32,000 bases of DNA. Origin: Haloferax volcanii DS2. Its GTDB lineage: Archaea; Halobacteriota; Halobacteria; Halobacteriales; Haloferacaceae. The notes below the pieces were generated by a model. The model worked only from the letters and a program-made list of their open reading frames with translations, was not told where the DNA came from and did not search any database. The translations under genes were made by a program, and so were the position numbers. Location of the stretch: positions 1,500,001-1,532,000 of the forward strand of contig NC_013967.1 in assembly GCF_000025685.1 (NCBI RefSeq), in the 5' to 3' direction. This document shows, in pieces, positions 1-6,662 of this stretch. How positions within the stretch are numbered: position 1 is the first letter of the stretch; each line of letters begins with the position of its first letter.

Positions 1-1
1 C

Positions 2-454
2 GCACCCGTACGGGAGCCGTCGGTTCGGTCGCATCCGACCGACTCGACCGTCTCCGTGCTGCCGGCACCCGCCGGGACCGACGACGACGCCTTCGAGCGG
101 TGGCTCCGAACCGCCGCGGGCGACGAGCGGCGTGCGGTCGTCGACTGTCCCGCGGGAGCCGGCCCCGACGCCGCCGTCCCGCTCCGCGTCGCCGACGGCG
201 TGGTCGTCGTGTCGCCGCTGTGCGCGCCGGCGCTCCGCGACGCGGCGAAGACGGCCGCGATGGCGCGGGCGCTCGGCACCCCGGTTGTCGGATGTGTCAT
301 CTCTCGGTCACGAGTGGCTCCCGAGGCGGTGTCCGACCTCGTGGGCGCGCCGGTGCTCGGGACCGTTCCCGAGGAGTCGTCGCCAGTACTCACTCGGCCG
401 ACAGTTCGGGCCGCGTACCGTCGGATAGCCGACAAGATACCGGGGAAGAAGTAA
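2..454 (+). CDS. MinD/ParA-family P-loop ATPase, C-terminal part (5' end lies upstream of the window)
   Basis: The frame is open from the window edge, and the GTG at 56 is only the first in-window start. VVDCPAGAG followed by VVVVSP...ALRDAAKTAAMA...VVGCVISR matches the hhhDxPAG / hhhVttP / hhhN(R) layout of MinD/ParA ATPases. The Walker A motif would lie upstream of position 1. Confidence 0.6.
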   Translation, partial: APVREPSVRSHPTDSTVSVLPAPAGTDDDAFERWLRTAAGDERRAVVDCPAGAGPDAAVPLRVADGVVVVSPLCAPALRDAAKTAAMARALGTPVVGCVISRSRVAPEAVSDLVGAPVLGTVPEESSPVLTRPTVRAAYRRIADKIPGKK

Positions 455-480
455 TATGAGCGACCCCCTTACACACGGTT

Positions 481-1104
481 ATGTCTCGACTGGCGACGGG
501 AATCGACGTGCTCGACCGCCAACTGGGCGGGGGCATTCCCGCGGGGAGCATCGTCCACCTCGCCGCCGACCCGGCCAGCCAGTCAGAGCTGTTTTTACAC
601 GAACTGACGACCACGCGAGGGACGCTGTGGCTGACGACGATTCGCTCCGCCGAGGCCGTCTCCGACGCGCTCGACCGAAGTCCCGGACCGGCCGGAACCC
701 CCACGGTCCGCGACGTGGGCGGCGACGCGCCGCTCGACACGGCGAACAGCCTGGTCCGTGACCTGCCGGAGGGCGCGAATCTCATCATCGACGTGGCGGA
801 CGTGCTCGAACGCAACGAGAGCGCCCGCTACCGGAAGTTCCTCAACGACCTCCAGACCCACATGGTCAACACGCGCGGCCTGACCGTCCTCCACGGGCTG
901 AAAGGCGAGTCGGTCCCGGACAACCGCGACCTGACAGAACACATGGCCGACGTGGTGTTCGACCTCGACACGAAGATAGACGGCTCGGAAATCGTCAATC
1001 GGCTCGCGGTCCCTAAGTTCCGCGGCGGCCGCGCGCTCGACGAGACCATCAAACTCCGGCTCGCGGAGCGCGTCAGCGTCGACACCAGCCGCGACATCGC
1101 CTGA
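481..1104 (+). CDS. KaiC/RadA(RecA)-superfamily ATPase-like protein with degenerate Walker A (probable pseudo-ATPase)
   Basis: The 207-aa product starts TGIDVLDRQLGGGIPAGSIVHL, as KaiC/RadA domains do. Where GxPGxGKT is expected it reads AADPASQSE, so the Lys-Thr pair is replaced by Ser-Glu. A Walker-B-like LIIDVADV is present. The gene begins 26 nt after the MinD-like gene. Confidence 0.6.
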   Translation: MSRLATGIDVLDRQLGGGIPAGSIVHLAADPASQSELFLHELTTTRGTLWLTTIRSAEAVSDALDRSPGPAGTPTVRDVGGDAPLDTANSLVRDLPEGANLIIDVADVLERNESARYRKFLNDLQTHMVNTRGLTVLHGLKGESVPDNRDLTEHMADVVFDLDTKIDGSEIVNRLAVPKFRGGRALDETIKLRLAERVSVDTSRDIA

Positions 1105-1168
1105 GCGTCGCATCGGCGGCGAGTCGGGTCGGGTCAAGCCGGGTCAAATCAGGCCGGACGGCGGGCGG

Positions 1169-1435
1169 TTAGAACACGAAGAAGCCGAACGTGCCGAGCG
1201 TGACGACCGCAATGAGCGCCATCCACGTTCGGGCGGACAGCGCCGCGCCGCGGGAGAAGACGTAGGCGAAGTACGGTGCGAGCGGCGAGAGGCGGTAGAC
1301 GAACGGCACCTCGATACCGGCGCCGTATTCGAGCGAGAGCGTCAGTGCGACGGTGCAGACCCCGGCGACGAGCGCGACTTTCACGTCTGTGAGGTCGCGG
1401 AACTGGTCCGTCGCGGCGTCGTCTGGCGAAGCCAT
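1169..1435 (-). CDS. small membrane protein (2-3 TM), function unknown
   Basis: An 88-aa ORF with an ATG start, an acidic N-terminus and then hydrophobic segments (VALVAGVCTVALTL, MALIAVVTLGTFGFFVF). No motif recognised. Confidence 0.5.
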   Translation of the reverse strand: MASPDDAATDQFRDLTDVKVALVAGVCTVALTLSLEYGAGIEVPFVYRLSPLAPYFAYVFSRGAALSARTWMALIAVVTLGTFGFFVF

Positions 1436-1508
1436 GGCTACGAGGCGGTCGGAAGGCGAGTATCAAGAAGCCGCCGATTCGCCGGGGCGGCGAGGGCGGC
1501 GGAGTCGC

Positions 1509-2429
1509 TTACTCTTCGTCGGCGTCGAGTTCCGCGGCGAGTTCGTCGGCGTCGATGTCGACGTCCTCGATTGCCTCTTCGATGTCGGCGCCGCCCGCGC
1601 CGCCCATCATGCCGCCCATGCCGCCCAGGCCGCCCTCGATGGTCTCCTGGACGATGACGCGGTCGATGTCCAGCCGCTGCATGATGTCCTGCGCAATCTG
1701 CTGCTTGGAGAACATCCACTGCTGGTTCATCGTCATCTGCGGCGTCGCCTCGATGTAGAGCGTGTCCTTCTCGACGGTGACGGTCTCCGTCTCGGGTTCG
1801 GCGTCTTCATCGTCGTCGTCGGACTCGACGACCTGCTCCTCTTCGACCTCGTCCGTCTGAATCCAGACTTCGGGGGCCTGCTGGAGGTACATGCCGAGGA
1901 GGCCGGAGGCCTGCTCCTCGCGGTCGTCGACGAGTTCGAGCACTTCGTACTCGTATTCGAGGTCCTCGCCGGCGAGGGGGTGGTTGAAGTTGACGCGGGC
2001 GCGACCGCCGATGATGGTCTCCAGACGGCCCTGGTCGCCGTCGATGGTGACCTGCGCGCCGGGGTAGCGGTCGTCCTCGTCGATTTTGTTGGCGCTGACC
2101 GTGCGCACTTCGTCCTCGTCGTACTCGCCGAAGGCGTCGACCGCCGGAATCTCGACGGTGTCCTCGTCGCCCGCCTCGGCACCGATGAGAGCCTCGTCGA
2201 CCTCGGGGAAGACGTGGCCGGCACCGACGATGACGACGCGGGGCTCGAACTCGTAGCCCTCGACGTCGATCTCGGCCTCTTCGGCCACTTCTTTGTCCGT
2301 CGTGTCGACGACGTCGCCGTCCTCGATCGTTCGCACCGTGTACGCGAGGCGGACGAAGTCGCCGTCCTGAATACCGGACTCGACCTCTTCATCGACCTGC
2401 TCGGCCTCCGCCTGCTGTTCGTCGCTCAT
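1509..2429 (-). CDS. FKBP-type peptidyl-prolyl cis-trans isomerase, long archaeal form with acidic C-terminal domain
   Basis: The product starts MSDEQQAE. The segment DGDFVRLAYTVRT...FEPRVVIVGAGHVFPEVDEALIGAEAGD...FGEYD...VNFNHPLAGEDLEYEYEVLEL matches the SlyD/archaeal FKBP fold with an IF insert. I chose the ATG at 2429; the track's upstream extension to 2498 has no support. Confidence 0.85.
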   Translation of the reverse strand: MSDEQQAEAEQVDEEVESGIQDGDFVRLAYTVRTIEDGDVVDTTDKEVAEEAEIDVEGYEFEPRVVIVGAGHVFPEVDEALIGAEAGDEDTVEIPAVDAFGEYDEDEVRTVSANKIDEDDRYPGAQVTIDGDQGRLETIIGGRARVNFNHPLAGEDLEYEYEVLELVDDREEQASGLLGMYLQQAPEVWIQTDEVEEEQVVESDDDDEDAEPETETVTVEKDTLYIEATPQMTMNQQWMFSKQQIAQDIMQRLDIDRVIVQETIEGGLGGMGGMMGGAGGADIEEAIEDVDIDADELAAELDADEE

Positions 2430-2584
2430 ACACGCTACGTGACTCGTGCGACCCTTAAGAATCACGTTTCGCCGTCGCGACGCGTTCGAGGCGGCCAACG
2501 ACCGGGAACTCGACCCCGAGGGCCGCTATGGGGTCGAATCGCTTATATCATTGTCGATAGTTATAGAAAACGAGGCGTGTTCAC

Positions 2585-3061
2585 ATGGCACAAACTGGCT
2601 TGTTCCTCGGGTTCGTCCTCGGCGTCGCACTGCTGGCGCTCACCGTGTTTCTGACCGGACGCGGTTGGCGACAGTACTCCGTCACGAGCGTTCCGACGCC
2701 GACCGGTGGCGGATCGTCGGGGAACGCGGGCGAAAGCGAGCGCGAGCGCGGGAGCGGGAGCGGGAGCGGGACCGCCGCGCGCCGCTGGGCCGACGACCCG
2801 ACGGTGCTGTCGCTCGGCTTCGGCGCGGTTGCGGTGCTGTTCGTCGGCGGCAGCACCATCCCCGAGGGCGTGTCGGACGCCGCGGGGCCGGTGCTCGTCG
2901 CCGGGACGCTCACCGTCGTGGTCACGTACCTGTTCTACGGGACGTACCACGCCGCGCGGGGGCGCGGGCTGGAGCGGTCGCAGGCGGCGCTTCTCGGGTC
3001 GTGGGTGCTCGGCCTGCTGTTCGTCGTCGGCGTCGCGCTCAGGTTGGTGGGCCTCCTCTGA
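2585..3061 (+). CDS. membrane protein (about 4 TM) with Gly/Ser/Glu-rich loop, first gene of a coupled membrane cassette
   Basis: A 158-aa ORF with hydrophobic segments (LFLGFVLGVALLALTVFL, LGFGAVAVLFVGG, VLVAGTLTVVVTYLFYG, LLGSWVLGLLFVVGVAL). Its stop at 3059-3061 lies 1 nt before the next ATG. Confidence 0.6.
   Translation: MAQTGLFLGFVLGVALLALTVFLTGRGWRQYSVTSVPTPTGGGSSGNAGESERERGSGSGSGTAARRWADDPTVLSLGFGAVAVLFVGGSTIPEGVSDAAGPVLVAGTLTVVVTYLFYGTYHAARGRGLERSQAALLGSWVLGLLFVVGVALRLVGLL
2738..2767. repeat. hexanucleotide repeats (GAGCGC)x2 and (GGGAGC)x3
   Basis: Read directly from the sequence. They encode ERERGSGSGSG in a loop of the 158-aa membrane protein. Confidence 0.8.
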
Positions 3062-3062
3062 G

Positions 3063-3296
3063 ATGGCGACCTCGTACGCGGGGCGACTCGACCCACGGCA
3101 CGCGCCGCGGCTGTGGTGGCTCGCGGCGCTCTGCTGGGTCGAGGCGCTCGCCGTCGGGGCGTACCTCTCCGCCGCGCCGGGGCGCGTCGAGAGCCTCCGG
3201 TACCTGTTCTATCCGTTCGTCTGGATAACCGTCGGCGCGGCGGCCGTCCTCTGGACCGAGCCACCGCGGGCGCGGCCGGGGGCACCGGCGTCGTGA
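3063..3296 (+). CDS. small membrane protein (2 TM), cassette gene 2
   Basis: ATG at 3063. The 77-aa product is MATSYAGRLDPRHAPRLWWLAALCWVEALAVGAYL...FYPFVWITVGAAAVLW. It lies inside a longer spurious track ORF (2706..3296), of which only the last 77 codons look protein-like. Confidence 0.5.
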   Translation: MATSYAGRLDPRHAPRLWWLAALCWVEALAVGAYLSAAPGRVESLRYLFYPFVWITVGAAAVLWTEPPRARPGAPAS

Positions 3297-3400
3297 GCGC
3301 GCTCCGGGCGCTCTCGGTCGACATCTCGACGCTGGTGTTCGTCGCCGCCGTCGCCCTGCTCGCGCTCGGACCGTCGCTGGCGGCGCGGGCGCGGCGATGA
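3293..3400 (+). CDS. 35-aa single-TM micro-ORF (GTG start), or a frame-shifted continuation of the previous gene
   Basis: GTGA overlaps the upstream stop and ATGA overlaps the downstream start. The product is VSALRALSVDISTLVFVAAVALLALGPSLAARARR. One extra G in the G5 run at 3278-3282 would instead fuse it to 3063..3296 as a 3-TM, 112-aa protein. Confidence 0.3.
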   Translation: MSALRALSVDISTLVFVAAVALLALGPSLAARARR

Positions 3401-4810
3401 GCCGACGCGCCGGAAGCATGGTCGGTTCCGCGGTTCGGCGCGGTGCAGTCTGGTTCGCCACGTTCGCGGTCGCCTCGGTCACTTTTTCGACTTCGGCGTT
3501 CGCGCACGCCGGCTCGCTGGCCGGGTCGCTCCGCTCGGTCCCGGCCCCGTTCTGGCTCGTCGTCTCCGGCGGCGGCGTCGTCTGCGTCTCCTTTCTGCTG
3601 TCAGCGTTCGTCACCGACGACGAGACGCTGGACGCCTTCGAGCGCGCGGGCGTCCGAATCGGAGGGCTCGCCGGAGCCGTCGCAACCGCGGAAGCCGCGC
3701 TCAAGCTCCTCGGCGTCGCCGCGCTCGTCCTCGTCGTCGCCTTCGGGCTGTTCGGGCCGCCCGTCGGCATCGCCAACCTCGGCGTCCTGCTCGTGTGGGT
3801 CGGCTGGTGGGCCGGGTTCACGATGGCCGCCTACCTCGTCGGGAACGCGTGGCCGCTGGTGAATCCGTGGCGGACGCTCGGCGCGGCGCTTCGGGGTCGA
3901 TTCGCGACGGGAGGGAGGCTGTCGCGCCCCTACCCCGACCGACTCGGGTCGTGGCCCAGCGTCGCCGGTCTGCTCGGACTCGTCTGGCTGGAGGTCGTCA
4001 GTCCGCTCGCGGCGAACCCGCGGGCGCTCGCCGTCGTGGTCGTCGCGTACAGCCTCGTCACCGTCGGCGGCGCGGTCGTCTACGGCGACGCGTGGTTCCG
4101 CCGCGCCGACCCCGTCGCGCGGGTGTTCCGATTGTACGGCCTGCTCGCGCCGGTCCGGCGGGGCGACGGCGGCGGCCTCTCGATTTCGGTTCCCGGCGCG
4201 GGGCTGACACGCAGCCGCGAGCGACTCGGCGCCGACGACGTGGCGTTCGTCGTCGCGCTCCTCTGGGTGACGACGTTCGACGGCCTCGTCGTCACCGTCG
4301 CGTGGGGGGGGCGTCCTCGCCGCCGCGGCTCCGGTCCCCGCGTGGCTCGCGAACCTCGTCGCGGGCTTTCTCGTCTTCCTCGGCGGCTACCGACTGGCCG
4401 CGAGAATAGCCCGCGGAACCGCGGACACGTACGTGACCGTCGGCTTCGTCGCCGGCTGGTTCGCGCCCGCGTTGGTCCCCATCGCCGCCGGCTACCACCT
4501 CGCGCACTTCCTCGGCTACGTCGTCGGCCTCGCGCCCGCTCTGGTCGCGGTCGCGGCCTCGCCGCTGTCGCCGCCCGCGAACCCCTCGGTGCTGGCCGTT
4601 CCGGCGTGGTTCAGCGGACTCCAGTTGGCGTTCGTCGTCCTCGGCCACCTGCTTTCGGTGTGGGTCGCCCACGCCCGCGCGTTCGACCTCTTTCCGGGTC
4701 GCCTGCAACCGCTCCGGAGCGAGTACCCTTTCGTCGCCGTCACGGTCGGCTACACGATGGCGAGCCTGTGGGTCGTCGCCCAACCGACGGTCGGAGGTGT
4801 CGCCGGATGA
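3397..4810 (+). pseudogene. polytopic membrane protein (about 470 aa if repaired) whose frame changes inside a G8 homopolymer (4304-4311); either a genuine frameshift or a sequencing error
   Basis: Frame 1 is membrane-protein-like up to ...FDGLVVTVAWGG, then becomes an Arg/Pro-rich string. Frame 2 is open from 4271 and reads a convincing membrane sequence (VLAAAAPVPAWLANLVAGFLVFLGGY...HLAHFLGYVVGL...) to the TGA at 4808-4810. Deleting one G of the run joins the two parts. Confidence 0.6.
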
Positions 4811-5118
4811 GTCGCAGAGCGAGTCACGGGATGAGCCGCGAAGCATCGGTCGTCGTCCCCGAAACCGCCGTCCCCGACGGCGAGACCGCGGCGACGACGT
4901 GTCCGTACTGCGACCGCCCGTTCCGCCGGGAGCGACTCCGTGACCTCCACGTCGGTGACGCGCACGAGGACCTGAGCGACGGCGAAACCGCGGCGTACGA
5001 GGCCGCTGTCGAGGCCGAAGCCGAAGACCTGTTCGTCTATCACCTGAAGGTCGCCGGCGCGCTCGGCGTGGTCTTCACGGCGCTGTTCCTGCTCGCGGTC
5101 GTCGGTTTTAGCCTGTGA
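4807..5118 (+). CDS. C2H2 zinc-finger protein with C-terminal transmembrane anchor
   Basis: ATGA overlaps the stop of the previous gene. The 103-aa product contains CPYCDRPFRRERLRDLHVGDAH, which fits C-x2-C-x12-H-x4-H with the conserved Phe. An acidic helix follows, then the terminal TM segment VAGALGVVFTALFLLAVVGF. Confidence 0.65.
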   Translation: MSRRASHGMSREASVVVPETAVPDGETAATTCPYCDRPFRRERLRDLHVGDAHEDLSDGETAAYEAAVEAEAEDLFVYHLKVAGALGVVFTALFLLAVVGFSL

Positions 5119-5136
5119 TCCGGTCGTTAGCGGCCG

Positions 5137-5352
5137 TCAGGCGTGGTCGCCGCCGCTGCCGTGTTCTCCCTCGTTGGGGTCGGGAAGGCGCATCACGACG
5201 CCGGTGAGCACGCCGACGCCCGCCAGCGCGACGATGCCGCCGACCACGACGAACGATTCGCTCGCGCCGACGGCCTCCGAGACGAGGAGGATCGCGAGTC
5301 CGAGGACGACGGCCCCGAAGGCGGCCGCGAGGGCGACAGTAGTCCGATTCAT
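5137..5352 (-). CDS. small membrane protein (2 TM)
   Basis: The product is MNRTTVALAAAFGAVVLGLAILLV...VVVGGIVALAGVGVLTGVV. The start could instead be at 5367. No motif recognised. Confidence 0.5.
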   Translation of the reverse strand: MNRTTVALAAAFGAVVLGLAILLVSEAVGASESFVVVGGIVALAGVGVLTGVVMRLPDPNEGEHGSGGDHA

Positions 5353-5543
5353 GCGTACTGTTACCACACCGAAGTCAAAGAAGGTACGTGCGAGTGCGGC
5401 GGCGGAAAGAGAGACGCTGTTGAAGCCCTCAGTTACGGATGGGGTTCTGCGGTCGGACTGAATGGAGTGCGCGAATACGGCACGAAGTGAGACGTTGCGA
5501 GCGATTCCACCTCGACTGACCCGTACCCGCCTACCGTGAGGTC

Positions 5544-5945
5544 TCAGTCGGAGCCAAACAGCGCTTGCGTGAGTGCGCCACCGTAGGCGAGTCGCGAACC
5601 GAGCCAGAGCGCGCCGAGGGTGACGCCCACCGCCACGAGGTAGGGACCCGGCTCCGGGAGGCGACCGCTCGCCACGCGAGCAAGGCGGTCCGCCAGAACG
5701 ATGCCGCCGAACCAGACCACCAAGAACGCGACATGTTGGTGCAGGGACTTCCGTCGGCGTGCGTGACGGTAACCGACGACGAGGAAGCCCGCGAGCAGCA
5801 AGATGCTGACAGCCGCGAGGGCGAGAAAGCGGAGCCGTCCACCGAGCGCAAACACCGAGGGGATGCCGATTACCACCGCGAGAACAAAGATGGTCTGGAC
5901 GACCAGTCCAAGAGACGGTTCGGTGTTGGAGGGCTGTTCAGACAC
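5544..5945 (-). CDS. membrane protein (4 TM), function unknown
   Basis: A 133-aa ATG ORF with four clear hydrophobic segments. A weak AT-rich element lies about 30 nt upstream. Confidence 0.6.
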   Translation of the reverse strand: MSEQPSNTEPSLGLVVQTIFVLAVVIGIPSVFALGGRLRFLALAAVSILLLAGFLVVGYRHARRRKSLHQHVAFLVVWFGGIVLADRLARVASGRLPEPGPYLVAVGVTLGALWLGSRLAYGGALTQALFGSD

Positions 5946-6161
5946 AGATTGCGGTCACGGACGACGACGCAATGAATCTTCTCCACGCGACCGGAGACCG
6001 GTCGTCCGGGTTGGCACTACCCTACTTACCGGCCGGACCATCTCTCGTGACGCTCGCCGTTATCCCAGATACTTCGCTGGATACACCCTCCCGCCTCACA
6101 CGGGTTCTGTCAGTTTCTAACGGATTCACAGGGCCTCAGAAGGGGACGAACAACGTTCCAG

Positions 6162-6395
6162 TTAGGCCGCGTTCTCGCCGGTCGTCGCGGCGGCGACGAC
6201 GAGCGCGAAGACGGCCACCGCGGGCACGAGACCCGGACCGACGACGAGCGGGTCTGTGAGCCTTCCGGGGGCGACGCGGGTCATCATGACGGTCACGCCG
6301 ACGCCGACAGGGACCGAAAACAGCAGAGCGTAGCCGACCGCGACGAGGGTTTCGCGGGAGCGCCAGCGGGGATGGGAGTCGGCTCGCACGGTCAC
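6162..6395 (-). CDS. small membrane protein, last gene of the cox operon
   Basis: A 77-aa product with 2 TM. Its start overlaps the stop of the subunit-IV-like gene by 4 nt. Confidence 0.5.
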   Translation of the reverse strand: MTVRADSHPRWRSRETLVAVGYALLFSVPVGVGVTVMMTRVAPGRLTDPLVVGPGLVPAVAVFALVVAAATTGENAA

Positions 6396-6661
6396 AGGAG
6401 CGAGTACGACGCGGCGAGCGTGAGCGCCAGCGCGGCCACGAGGCCGATGCAGACCAGATACGTCAGCGACCGCGGCTCGAACCGGAGGTGCTGGAAGTAC
6501 GCCGCAACCAACACCGCCTTCGCGGCCGACAGGACCATGATGACGCCGAAGGCCAGCCAGTAACTCAGCCCGGCGAACTCGACCAGCACCTGGACGGTCG
6601 CCGAGACGAACAACACTACGTAAATCGCCGTATAGAGTTTCGTTGATACCATCTTTGTCAC
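6392..6661 (-). CDS. cytochrome c oxidase subunit IV family (prokaryotic COX4-type) small membrane protein
   Basis: An 89-aa product with 3 TM. YTAIYVVLFVSATVQVLVEF and AKAVLVAAYFQHL resemble the conserved helices of prokaryotic subunit IV (CyoD/CtaF-like, ...hhFMHh). The gene begins 1 nt after the subunit I+III gene ends. Confidence 0.65.
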   Translation of the reverse strand: MTKMVSTKLYTAIYVVLFVSATVQVLVEFAGLSYWLAFGVIMVLSAAKAVLVAAYFQHLRFEPRSLTYLVCIGLVAALALTLAASYSLL

Positions 6662-6662
6662 C

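Noticed and set aside
1124-1148. Repeated GGGTC(A) pentamers (tcgggtc gggtcaa gccgggtcaaa) in the convergent intergenic region after the KaiC-like gene
   Set aside because: These are very short, low-information repeats in GC-rich DNA. There is no palindrome or T-run to support a terminator or binding-site call.
1353-2654. A 433-aa + strand ORF antisense to the FKBP gene
   Set aside because: Its low-complexity Val/Asp/Gly/Leu composition mirrors the acidic FKBP on the other strand. No motif is present, so it is a shadow ORF.
3397-5118. A single 573-aa protein as listed in the ORF track
   Set aside because: The middle roughly 165 residues are Arg/Pro-rich out-of-frame translation. The real coding content is a frame-shifted membrane protein (to 4810) plus a separate zinc-finger gene (from 4807).
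6281-6287. C/D box sRNA candidates: an ATGATGA on the minus strand here, CTGATGA at 25554-25560, and ATGATGA at about 6537 and about 7733
   Set aside because: All lie inside coding regions and lack a properly spaced D box (CUGA) 50-70 nt away or terminal pairing. I found no convincing C/D sRNA near the nop5-flpA operon.
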